In this document: one piece after another, positions 25,895 to 36,000 of the stretch | Position numbering within the stretch: the first letter of the stretch is position 1 | Layout of the letters: every line of letters begins with the position of its first letter | Made by a program: the position numbers and the translations under genes | The notes under the pieces: generated by a model | What the model was told of the DNA's origin: nothing | The model's input: only the letters and a program-made list of their open reading frames with translations | The model's database searches: none | DNA from: a virus | IMG/VR virus record: IMGVR_UViG_3300007511_000019 | DNA: 64,000 nt | Direction: 5' to 3' (one strand)

Positions 25895-28800
25895 TGCCAA
25901 ACATTCTGTCACCGCCCTCCGGCGTGCTAAGCGGGACCAAACCTGCTCTGCCGCAACCGGTACGTCCTCTGCAAAAAGAGGAACCGGAAAAGCGAGAGTT
26001 CGGTGACGCTTTGGCCACGCGGCGGCTTATCTACAACAACGTGCTGGCGTCGACTCAAACACTTGAGCCGATCTCTAACCAACGCCACACGCTACAACTG
26101 CGTGATGTTAAATACGCTGACGATCCCAAGTTCTCGTACAAGCAGCAAAAGGAAGCCATCCTCGGCGGTAAGAGTCTCAACCGTCGACTGCAAGGCACCT
26201 GGGAGCTGTCGGATAACGAAACTGGCGAAGTGCTTGACAGCAGGCCCGGCGTAGTTGCTCGTGTACCGCACCTGACGGATCGCGGTACGTTTATCCACAA
26301 CGGTAACGAGTACACCCTGTCCAACCAGATGCGGTTGCGGCCAGGCGTGTTTACCCGTGTCAAAGACAATGGAGAAATTGAAGCCCACGCAAACCTATTG
26401 CCGGGTAAAGGCGTCAGCCACCGGTACTTCCTAGACCCCGAGAAGGGTATTTTCCACATGCGGATGGGGCAGGCGAAAATACCGCTGATGCCTCTTCTCA
26501 AGTCGCTCGGAGCAACAGACAAACAATTGCAGGAAGCATGGGGCAACGAACTGTGGCAAGCTAACGCTCAAAAGGACAACCCAGGAACCCTATCGAAGCT
26601 GTACCAAAAACTGGTACGTAAGATTGACCCTGATGCCGACGAGCCAGCTAAACGCCTAGCCGTTGCCGAAGTCATGGAGAAAATGGAACTGGACCCCGAG
26701 GTTACACAACGAACCTTAGGTAACAGTTTCAACAGGATGGGGTTGGATGCGATTCTAGCCACCACCAATAAATTGCTCGCAGTATCCCGTGGAGAACAGG
26801 AGGTCGATGACCGTGATCATCTCGCTTATCAAAATGTCCTGGGCCCAGAAGATTTGTTCGCGGAACGTATCGCAAAGGATTATGGCGGACTCCGCCGACA
26901 ACTTTTGCATAGATCTAGCTTTAAGGGAGACTTGTCAGCCGCACAGTCCGGTATGCTAAGTCGCCAGTTAGAAGCCGCGTTACTCCATTCTGGATTAGGG
27001 CAAAGCCTTGAAGAAATCAACCCAGCAGACATCTTCGACAAACAATCAAGAATCTCACGTCTCGGTGAGGGCGGCATCCCGTCCATCGACGCCGTGCCAG
27101 ACGAAGCTAGGGCGGTTCAGCCGAGCCACTTGGCTTTCATGGACCCAGTACGCACGCCGGAATCATTTAAGGTCGGTGTGGATGTGCATATTGCCAACAC
27201 GGCTCGTAAAGGATCTGATGGCCGAATTTACTCACCGTTCGTTGATCCTCGTAGCGGAAAAGAGGTGTGGAAGTCGCCCCAGGACCTTGCAGATCTCACA
27301 GTCGCTTTTCCCGGCGAAATGCGTAGGGAAACTAAGCGGGTTGGTGCCATGCAAGGCGGCAAACTCAAGTTTGTCCCAAAACAGTCTGTGGACCTGGTTG
27401 TGCCCACTTTCGAAAACGCTTTCTCGCCGCTAGGTAACATGGTTCCCATGAAGTCAGCGGTCAAGGCCCAGCGTATGGCTATGGCTAGCCGTATGCTCAC
27501 ACAGGCCTTGCCGCTCGAGAACGCAGAGAGTCCGCTTGTACAGACCGGCATCTCTGGCGAAGAGGATACAAGTTACGAGCAGCGATATGGTCGTAAGATG
27601 GGTGCCGTCTTCGCCGACAAGCCAGGACGAGTAGTTTCAATAAGCGACCAAGGGATTAAGGTCAAGTACGACGACGGAACTACAGAAGAGAAGCAGCTCT
27701 ATAACAACTTCCCGTACAACCGCAAAAGCGTAACCGGTGACACTCGTATTGTGATCCGACGCAAGAATGGCGAACTGTGGACTGGATCAATCGATAAGTA
27801 CCACTGGGAAGATAGCGACCAAGTGCAGTCGGTGGACCCAGACTCCAAGCAGTCTGCCTGGAAACGCGTCACAGGTTACATTACGCACTGCAACGACAAA
27901 CAGCTGTTGCGGATAACTACTAAATCCGGGAGATCGGTCGTGGTCACGGAAGACCACAGCCTTATTACGCTGGACAAACACGGAGAACTGGTACCGGTCT
28001 ACCCTAAAGACTGCGAGATCGGGCTAACCCGCCTGCCTGTAGCCATGTTGCAGGGTCATCGATCTCGGCGACATGGCCAGGAGATTAGCAAAGACCCGAG
28101 CGGCATTCTGTGGGGGCTGTACGTAGCCGAGGGGCACTGTCCGCCTACCCAACCAGGGCTAGTTAACATTGCAGTAGAGCCAGACGACCGTGCAGAACAG
28201 GTGTTGGAAGTGGCTCGTCAGTGCGGTTATGAGGCGTACCGCAATGGCGGTAACGTATGCTTTACTGACCACGCCTTCGCCGCCAAGGCGACTGAGCACT
28301 TTGGCCACCTGTCGCACAACAAGCGAATTCCCGCCTGGGTGCTTGGTACTCCCGTCTGGTTTCGGGAAAGTTTTGTTCAAGGCTATATGGCTGGCGACGG
28401 GTGCTTGTGGGAGGACTCAAACGGGTCGCTACAGCTGCAGGCCGTTACGGTTTCTAGAGAGCTTCGCGACGGATTTGTCGAGTTGCTGTTAAGCCTAGGC
28501 ATTATGACGACGCTTTTCGATGCACCTAGAAAGCACCTCAACGACAACTGGCGTGACGCGTACGGTTGCCGCATAATCAGTAGCCACGTAGGGCGACTTC
28601 GTAAGTGGTTCTACTACGCAGACCGTGAGCGACAACTCCACGAGCTGCTAAAGCCTACGTATCGAGCCGCAAGCTTTGACCTGGTCCCGGTAGCCGCCGA
28701 GGCCCGTAAACTTCTGTACAAGGGTTATATCGGGACGGTTCCTAGCTATGTCTATAAGACCGCCAACCAGGGAGCAGTTGCTAAGCACCGGTTGAAAGAA

Positions 28801-31551
28801 AATACAGGCGTGTTCGGCGACTGGGCACGCTCTGATGTACTGTGGGACCCTATCGAAGAAATTATCCCTGTTGCTTACGAGGAACGAGTATATGACCTTT
28901 GCGTCCAGCACTCCGAGGCATTTTGCGTCAACGGCGGACTGCTCGTGCACAACACCTACATTCACAATACTCCGACAGTCAAGCCAGGTGACACCTTTGG
29001 TGTGGGGCAGGCCTTGGCTAAATCCAACTTTACCGATGCTGGTGGCACTACCGCTCTCGGTAAGAACGCTCGCGTTGCGTACATCCCATTCCGAGGGCAG
29101 AACTTCGAGGACGCTCTTGTGATCTCCGAGTCTTTCGCCAAGCGAATGAGTTCGGAGCACATGTATCAACACGGCGTGGACTTCGCAGACGACAAGAAAA
29201 CCAAACGACGCGACTATGTCTCACTCTTCCCATCCAAGTATGACAAACAAACTTTAGAGAGCATCGACGAAGACGGCGTCATCAAGCAGGGCACTATCGT
29301 CAGTCACGGCGACCCCCTTATTCTGTCGGCACGGCAGAAGGACGTTGCTCAGCATAAAGTCCATCGTCGCAAGGCTCCTGGCTTTACCGACCAATCCGAG
29401 ATCTGGAAGCACCATGCCCCTGGCGTGGTTACTGATGTATTCAAGGGCAAGAAGGGCACCACGGTCCTAGTCAAATCGCTCTCAGCTATGCAAAAGGGCG
29501 ACAAGCTATCAGGCCGCTACGGTGACAAAGGTGTTATCTCGGCGATCGTGCCGGATAACGAGATGCCCCACTCAAAGGACGGACAGGCTTTCGAAGTTTT
29601 GCTTAACCCTCTTGGTATTATCTCCCGTACAAACCCGGCCCAAATGGTTGAGGCCGCACTGGGAAAGATTGCTGCCAAGACAGGGAAACCTTACAAGGTG
29701 GTTGATTTTGAAGACATACAAGATTTGACGGACTTTGCGATCCAGGAACTCAAGAAGAACCAAATGGAGGACCTGGAGGACATAACCGACCCGTCGAACG
29801 AGAGAAAGATTCCCGGCGTCTTCACCGGCAACCGCTTCTTCATGAAACTCCACCATACGGCGGAGGGAAAGGGGCAGGGTCGTGGTACAGGAGGTTATAC
29901 GATGGAAGGTACTCCCGCGAAAGGCGGTGAGACCGGTTCCAAGCGAATTTCACTTCTCGATAACAACGCACTCCTCTCGCACGGTGCCACTGAGGTTCTT
30001 CGAGACGCAGGAGCAATTCGAGGACAACGTAATGAGGAGTTCTGGCTCCCATTCATGCGTGGTGTTACTCCCCCAAAGCCCAAGGTACCCATTGTCTATC
30101 AAAAGTTCGTGAACGAGCTTAAGGCATCAGGTATTAACGTGGTGGAGGACGGAACACAAACACACATTATGGCCCTCACCGACAAAGACGTCGGTGAGCT
30201 GGCTGGACAGAGATACCTCAAGAGCGGCGACACGGTTCAATTTGAAAAAGGATTGAAACCGATCACCGGCGGTCTGTTCGACCCCGCACTAACCGGCGGA
30301 CACAACGGCAATCGCTGGTCGGCAATCAAACTCGCAGAACCTATGCCGAACCCGGTAATGGAAGAACCCATTCGCCGCGTCTTGGGACTTACACAAAAGC
30401 GATTCGAGGCCGTCCTATCCGGGCAGGAAGAGTTGCAAGGACACCGTGGTCCTGCAGCCTTTACCAAGGCCCTAGGTAAGATGGACCTGGATAAAGAGAT
30501 TGCTTACGCACAAGCGGAATTCAAATCCGGACGTAAGGCCTCTCGAGATATGGCCATACGTAAACTGGGTTACCTCAAGTCCGCCAAGAAACTAGGCATA
30601 CACCCTAAAGACTGGATGCTGACCAAGGCTCCTGTATTGCCCCCGATGTTTCGTCCGGTGTCGGTGATGTCCGACAACCGCCTTCCTTTGGTATCGGATG
30701 CTAATTTCCTTTACAAGGAATTACTGGAAGCTAACGACAACCTAACAGAGATGTCAAAAGAGGTGGACGATGTCGCCGACGAACGTCTTGCGGTCTACAA
30801 CGCTTTCAAAGCAGTCACAGGACTTGGAGATCCAATACACCCAAAACTGCAGGAGAAACGCGTCAAGGGGATTCTTAAGCACGTATTTGGTTCTAGCCCT
30901 AAGCTGGGTGCTGTGCAGCGTAGGCTTGTATCCAGTACTGTGGATCTTGTTGGCCGTGCAGTTATTACTCCTAACCCTGACCTGGACATGGACCATGTTG
31001 GGCTTCCAGAGAATAGAGCCTGGGACATCTACAAGAACTTCATCGTACGAAGACTCAAGCGGCGGGGTATGCCGCTGGTCGAAGCGGCCAAGCAGGTCGA
31101 GAACCGTTCAGAAGTAGCTAAACAAGAGTTGGTCAAAGAGATGGGCGAACGGCCCGTGGTGATCAACCGAGCCCCGGTTTTGCACCGTTTCGGCATCATG
31201 GCTTTCTACCCCAGACTTACCAAGAGCGACACTCTGGAGGTCTCCCCGTTGATCGTGAAAGGCTTCGGAGCTGACTTCGATGGGGATGCTATGCAATACC
31301 ACGTACCGGTCTCCGACGAGGCCAAAGACGAGGCCGTGGACCGTATGTTGCCAAGTCGCAACCTCTTAAGCCCGGCTGACTTCAAGTCGCCTATCCACGT
31401 ACCGAGTCAAGAATACACCGGTGGATTGTACGCTGCGTCGTCCACCAAATCTAAGCGGCGGGTGCGTACCTTCCGCAATACCAAGGATATGCTCGCAGCC
31501 TATCGGCGTGGTGAGCTAGACATCAACGATGAAGTGGAGGTGATGGAGTAG
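25894..31551 (+). CDS. rpoB: phage multisubunit RNA polymerase: beta subunit fused to the N-terminal (rpoC1/gamma-like) part of beta', interrupted by an intein
   Basis: Beta blocks include LTDRGTFIHNGNEY...RPGVFT, GKNARVAYIPFRGQNFEDALVISE, GDKLSGRYGDKGVIS...LLNPLGIISRTNP and GNRFFMKLHHTAEGKGQGRGTGGYT. Beta' blocks follow in the same ORF: PITGGLFDP, VLPPMFRPV, NRAPVLHRFGIMAFYP and GADFDGDAMQYHVP. The ORF ends about 90 aa after the DFDGD motif. Confidence 0.85.
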   Translation: MPNILSPPSGVLSGTKPALPQPVRPLQKEEPEKREFGDALATRRLIYNNVLASTQTLEPISNQRHTLQLRDVKYADDPKFSYKQQKEAILGGKSLNRRLQGTWELSDNETGEVLDSRPGVVARVPHLTDRGTFIHNGNEYTLSNQMRLRPGVFTRVKDNGEIEAHANLLPGKGVSHRYFLDPEKGIFHMRMGQAKIPLMPLLKSLGATDKQLQEAWGNELWQANAQKDNPGTLSKLYQKLVRKIDPDADEPAKRLAVAEVMEKMELDPEVTQRTLGNSFNRMGLDAILATTNKLLAVSRGEQEVDDRDHLAYQNVLGPEDLFAERIAKDYGGLRRQLLHRSSFKGDLSAAQSGMLSRQLEAALLHSGLGQSLEEINPADIFDKQSRISRLGEGGIPSIDAVPDEARAVQPSHLAFMDPVRTPESFKVGVDVHIANTARKGSDGRIYSPFVDPRSGKEVWKSPQDLADLTVAFPGEMRRETKRVGAMQGGKLKFVPKQSVDLVVPTFENAFSPLGNMVPMKSAVKAQRMAMASRMLTQALPLENAESPLVQTGISGEEDTSYEQRYGRKMGAVFADKPGRVVSISDQGIKVKYDDGTTEEKQLYNNFPYNRKSVTGDTRIVIRRKNGELWTGSIDKYHWEDSDQVQSVDPDSKQSAWKRVTGYITHCNDKQLLRITTKSGRSVVVTEDHSLITLDKHGELVPVYPKDCEIGLTRLPVAMLQGHRSRRHGQEISKDPSGILWGLYVAEGHCPPTQPGLVNIAVEPDDRAEQVLEVARQCGYEAYRNGGNVCFTDHAFAAKATEHFGHLSHNKRIPAWVLGTPVWFRESFVQGYMAGDGCLWEDSNGSLQLQAVTVSRELRDGFVELLLSLGIMTTLFDAPRKHLNDNWRDAYGCRIISSHVGRLRKWFYYADRERQLHELLKPTYRAASFDLVPVAAEARKLLYKGYIGTVPSYVYKTANQGAVAKHRLKENTGVFGDWARSDVLWDPIEEIIPVAYEERVYDLCVQHSEAFCVNGGLLVHNTYIHNTPTVKPGDTFGVGQALAKSNFTDAGGTTALGKNARVAYIPFRGQNFEDALVISESFAKRMSSEHMYQHGVDFADDKKTKRRDYVSLFPSKYDKQTLESIDEDGVIKQGTIVSHGDPLILSARQKDVAQHKVHRRKAPGFTDQSEIWKHHAPGVVTDVFKGKKGTTVLVKSLSAMQKGDKLSGRYGDKGVISAIVPDNEMPHSKDGQAFEVLLNPLGIISRTNPAQMVEAALGKIAAKTGKPYKVVDFEDIQDLTDFAIQELKKNQMEDLEDITDPSNERKIPGVFTGNRFFMKLHHTAEGKGQGRGTGGYTMEGTPAKGGETGSKRISLLDNNALLSHGATEVLRDAGAIRGQRNEEFWLPFMRGVTPPKPKVPIVYQKFVNELKASGINVVEDGTQTHIMALTDKDVGELAGQRYLKSGDTVQFEKGLKPITGGLFDPALTGGHNGNRWSAIKLAEPMPNPVMEEPIRRVLGLTQKRFEAVLSGQEELQGHRGPAAFTKALGKMDLDKEIAYAQAEFKSGRKASRDMAIRKLGYLKSAKKLGIHPKDWMLTKAPVLPPMFRPVSVMSDNRLPLVSDANFLYKELLEANDNLTEMSKEVDDVADERLAVYNAFKAVTGLGDPIHPKLQEKRVKGILKHVFGSSPKLGAVQRRLVSSTVDLVGRAVITPNPDLDMDHVGLPENRAWDIYKNFIVRRLKRRGMPLVEAAKQVENRSEVAKQELVKEMGERPVVINRAPVLHRFGIMAFYPRLTKSDTLEVSPLIVKGFGADFDGDAMQYHVPVSDEAKDEAVDRMLPSRNLLSPADFKSPIHVPSQEYTGGLYAASSTKSKRRVRTFRNTKDMLAAYRRGELDINDEVEVME
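27727..28953 (+). mobile_element. intein (409 aa) with a LAGLIDADG homing-endonuclease domain in RNAP beta
   Basis: The flanks (...YNRK and TYIHNTPTV) match the beta region ...YTRSNQN / TCINQMPCV. Hint block A is SVTGDTRIV (Ser1). The C-terminus is ...LLVHN with Thr at +1. LAGLIDADG-like motifs are ILWGLYVAEGH and FVQGYMAGDGCL. Confidence 0.7.
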
Positions 31552-31612
31552 CCTAGTCTGTGCTAAACTGCTGGTTACTACACCCTTTACGTCCAATGGA
31601 AGGCTATTCCTC

Positions 31613-32296
31613 ATGACCATGTTTTCTGGAAAACTCCAAGAACTCGTGAAGATCGCCCGAGCCCAAAACGGTAAACAGGCCTTTGTCGACCCCGCAATGG
31701 CTGCGGGTGGTGGAATGCCCCCAGGTGGCGATCCCGCCGCGATGGGTATGGATCCTGCCGCAATGGGCGGTGCTCCCCCTGCAGATCCTGCTGCGATGGG
31801 TGGAGCCCCTCCGGCTGATCCTGCTGCTGGTGGCGGAGGTATTTCTCGACCAGAAGTCGAGGCAATGATTCAACAAGCCGTAATGGCTGGTGGCGGGGGC
31901 GGTGCTGGAGGTCCTGGCGGAGAAGCCGGACTCAAACCTAAAATCGATGTCAACGTCGAGATCATGCAGATGAAGAACCTGCTGGCCAAGGTTGTTGACA
32001 CTCTTGGTATTCCGGTACCTGCTGAAGAAATGACAGCTACGACTGACAAACTCACCGCGATGGCCCAGGGTCAAGACCCAATGGCTGGCGGCGGAGGTGC
32101 TCCCGGCGGAGACCCAGCTGCGGCTGGTGGTGCAGGCGGAAGTGCGATTGCTCCGATTGGCCCGATGGCTGGGGCGTCTCCCGAGCTTGCTAAGTCCGGC
32201 TGCGATATGGGCACTGCGGCAGACCCGATTGATATGGTAGGTCTGCGAGACAAGGCGTCAGCTTTGGCTGCTGTGCTGCGGCGGAAAGATTCGTAA
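31613..32296 (+). CDS. Gly/Pro/Ala-rich protein with DPAAMGG repeats
   Basis: GDPAAMGMDPAAMGGAPPADPAAMGGAPPADPAAGGGG is repeated. The same motif type occurs in the scaffold-like protein at 46182. Confidence 0.4.
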   Translation: MTMFSGKLQELVKIARAQNGKQAFVDPAMAAGGGMPPGGDPAAMGMDPAAMGGAPPADPAAMGGAPPADPAAGGGGISRPEVEAMIQQAVMAGGGGGAGGPGGEAGLKPKIDVNVEIMQMKNLLAKVVDTLGIPVPAEEMTATTDKLTAMAQGQDPMAGGGGAPGGDPAAAGGAGGSAIAPIGPMAGASPELAKSGCDMGTAADPIDMVGLRDKASALAAVLRRKDS

Positions 32297-32571
32297 TGAA
32301 AGTCGTCAGTACTGATGGCCAGCTTAGATCGATTACTCAGGAAAACATTTCCCAAGTAATCGTTTACGATCTGTTCGATAACCCTATAATGGTTGTGGTG
32401 GAAGTTCAGCCGGGTGTTCACACTTGCGTGGCTGCCAACGACAAGGACTTCAATCGCATCATGGCCGGACTGGGTATTGACAAGGTTGTGATAGATACTC
32501 CGCTGATCCCTGACAGGGAGATTCCTGCGGAGGCCAAACTTATTTCTGGCCCCTTTGGGAGCGTACAATGA
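32296..32571 (+). CDS. hypothetical protein
   Basis: The 91-aa ORF is TAATG-coupled upstream and ATGA-coupled downstream. Confidence 0.35.
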   Translation: MKVVSTDGQLRSITQENISQVIVYDLFDNPIMVVVEVQPGVHTCVAANDKDFNRIMAGLGIDKVVIDTPLIPDREIPAEAKLISGPFGSVQ

Positions 32572-32792
32572 CACGACGCGGAGCAAAAGACGAACGAGCC
32601 AAACGCATTGCCGCCTCCGAGCGGCATTTTGGCATGACGCCTGCCGACCACGACGCCGCTTTGTTACAAGTAGCCGAGGAGCTGGCGGCGTTCGACAGAA
32701 AATCTGATAAGCTAGATGCGTTCCTACATATGCTCGAAGACAAAGTGGACGGAATAAGCGATGGCTCTGCAGGGCGGATTCGGGGTTCCTGA
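32568..32792 (+). CDS. hypothetical protein
   Basis: The ORF is 74 aa, with an ATGA overlap. Confidence 0.3.
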   Translation: MTRRGAKDERAKRIAASERHFGMTPADHDAALLQVAEELAAFDRKSDKLDAFLHMLEDKVDGISDGSAGRIRGS

Positions 32793-33045
32793 GCAATTGC
32801 GGGCTCGAATGGCCCGACCAGCTACCCCCACACTCAAAGTTCTGTCTGTCTGGGTACAGCACGGAGTAGAACAGCAGTTACTGCCCATAGCATCTGGCGA
32901 TGACGACGCCCAGCTGCGTGGACTGCTTGCAAATTGGGAGCAGCAACTGGACTACGGGGAAATGGTCGCTTCAAACATGCGGTATCTAGGGCGGCACCGG
33001 ATTGTAACAGTTCCTTTCATCGGACGGCAAAATGGCAAAGCGTAA
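32761..33045 (+). CDS. hypothetical protein
   Basis: The 94-aa ORF overlaps both neighbouring genes. Confidence 0.25.
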   Translation: MALQGGFGVPEQLRARMARPATPTLKVLSVWVQHGVEQQLLPIASGDDDAQLRGLLANWEQQLDYGEMVASNMRYLGRHRIVTVPFIGRQNGKA

Positions 33046-36000
33046 GGCTACTGCTGGCCAGATCCTCATCAACGAAGTGTTGCCTGAAGACATGCGGGAC
33101 TACAACCGCACGCTCGACAAGAAGGGTCTGTCCAAACTGCTTACCGAGGTAGCCCAGAAGCACCCGGACGACTATCGAGATATCTCCCACCGACTGGGCA
33201 AGATCGGACGCGAAGCCGCCTTTACATCAGGCGGCAATTCTTTTGGCCTAGCCCACATGAAGCGTGCTTTGGTCGCCCGCAAAATGCAGTCTGGCCTGAA
33301 AACCCGTATCAACGCATTGCTGGACAACGACAGCCTTGACGATGACGCAAGAGACGCAGCCATTATCAAACTGGTTGGTAAGGCCATGCCGCAGCTGCAG
33401 GACGCCATTCTTGAAGAGAGCGACGCCGAAGGTAACCCGCTCGCCCAACAACTCAAAGGTGCCGGTCGCGGTAACAAGATGAACCTCTCTTCGTTACGAG
33501 GTAGCGACGGGCTGTATCAAGATCACCGTGACAACATCATCCCGATTCCTGTACTCAAGAGTTACTCAGAAGGGCTCTCGCCGCTAGAGTATTGGGGCGG
33601 GACTTACGGTGCCCGGCAAGGTGTTATGGCGGTTAAGTTCGCTACACAGGACGCTGGCTTTCTATGCCTTGCGGAAGGCACGGAAGTGCGGATGGCTGAC
33701 TGGAGCACCAAGCCTATCGAAGAGATCCAAGTAGGTGACACGGTACTGGGAGCTAACAAGTACGGAACGACCTTTCCCGTCAAAGTGACCGCCACTTTTG
33801 ACAACGGTGTGCGGCAGCTAACAAAGTTCCGCTTCCGGTACGGCAAGGCCCGCAACCGTTTTATTGAGGTGACAGCCACCGACAAACACAAAGCCCTGGC
33901 CGAGCATCTTCGTCGCCGACGCAAACGCCCTGATCCTAGGTTACATATTGAGATCAGCCAAGACGTTATGCCAATGGGTACGTTCGAACGACGGACAGTT
34001 TCGCGGCACGCTCTAGTCCCACCTCAAGGCTACTCCTGCCCGCAAACCGGTCCGAGAGACGAGTACTGCTGGCTGCTAGGCCTCCTGACTGCCGAAGGCG
34101 GTTTAACTACGAATCACGTAGGACTGTCTTGTGGAGATCCGGAGCTGCTAAAAGAGGCTCGACGGTTGACAAAGCCAATGGGTTTCGAGATACGCCAAAA
34201 GAAAAATGCCCAGTACGAATACAGCTTTTATGACACCCAGCCCTTGCCCGCAAAAGGTAAGCCTGGCGGAGGCATTGCCACCGGTTCTTTCCGAAACCGG
34301 CTCAAGGCCAAGCTGGCTGAACACGGGCTGCTAGGTAAACTGGCCCAGGACAAGGAATTGCCCGAACAAATTTGGGCGTGGCCCAACTCACATGTCTGCG
34401 GTTTTCTTCGTTGGCTCTTCGCCGGTGACGGGGGTGTCAGTCCGTCGAACAACGCTACGCTGCCTGTAGTCACGTTGGGCATGACAGCGGAGCCGGTTGT
34501 GCGGGGCGTCGAACGCTTGTTGGCCGATCGTTTTGGCATCTACGGTCAGATTAGTATGGACAAGGCGGAGAACTGCCCTAAAGCCAACCATGACTGCCAT
34601 GTTCTTGCCATTTCCGATCCCCAGTCGGTGGAACGCTTCGCACAACACATAGGTTTTGTTGCTGGTAGTAAGCAGGCCCGTCTAATGACGCTGCTGGCCG
34701 AGGCCGACCCTTGCGAGAGGCACAGCCGCTTTCTCTTCCATTACCTCGACTCCGAGGACGTTGGCGAAGGTCCTACTTACGATATCGAGGTCGACAACGA
34801 GGACCACCTATTTGTACTGGCCAACGGGGCAATTGTCTCCAATTCCAAACAACTCAATCAAATCGCACACCGCTCAGTCGTGATCGACGAAGACAGCGAT
34901 GGCGAGCCCGACACCCTCATTGGTCTGCCTGTCGATACTGACGACATGGACAGCGAGGGTTCGTTGTTGGCGGCTCCTGCGGGCAAGTATAAACGAAACA
35001 CAGTGCTCACTCCTAAGATCATCCGCGAATTGAAGCAAGCGGGAATCAAACGGCTCTTGGTGCGAAGCCCAGCAATCGGTGGTACGCCAGACGGCGGTGT
35101 GTACGGCAGGGACGTCGGTATTAGAGAATTCGGTCGACTTCCTACACGAGGCGAAAATGTTGGACTCACAGCTGCTCAAGCCCTATCTGAACCGCTGTCT
35201 CAGGCTCAACTCTCGGCGAAGCATACAGGCGGGGTGGCTGGCGAATCCCAAGCAGTCTCTGGATTTGATTACATCAACCAACTCGTACAAGTTCCCAAAA
35301 CCTTCAAAGGCGGAGCAGCCCATTCAACGCTTGACGGTATCGTACAAGCTGTCGAGCCCGCTCCTGCCGGTGGTACCTATGTCTCCATCAACGGAGAACG
35401 ACATTACATCGCAGGAGGGTTCGAGCCAAAGGTTAAGAAAGGCGATCACGTCGAAGCTGGAGACGTTATTTCTGACGGCACTCCGAACCCTTCGTTGATT
35501 ACCAAACACAAAGGCGTGGGCGAAGGCCGACGTTACTACATCAAGTCGTTTGCTGACGCCATGAGTTCTGCTGGCATCAAATCCCACCGCCGCAACGTCG
35601 AACTACTAGCGAGAGGGCTTATCAACCACGTTCGCCTTACAGACGAGATCGGGGACTTTGCACCTGACGACGTGGTGCCCTACTCCATGATGGCCGCTCG
35701 GTACATTCCCCGAGAAGGGTTCAAAACAATGGATCCCAATCGTGCAACAGGTAAGTATCTTGAGAGGCCCTACCTGCACTATTCGATCGGCACCAAGATC
35801 CGCCCATCGATGATGAAAGACTTCAAAGACTTTGGCGTGAAAAGCGTTGATGTACATGACGACGAACCGCCTTTTGAACCAGAAATGATCCGAGGCATGG
35901 CTAACCTGCAACACGACCCAGACTGGATGACCCGTATGTTCGGTTCTGGTCTGAAAGGTAGCCTGCTTCGCGGTGTACATCGAGGCGGCACTTCGTCGGA

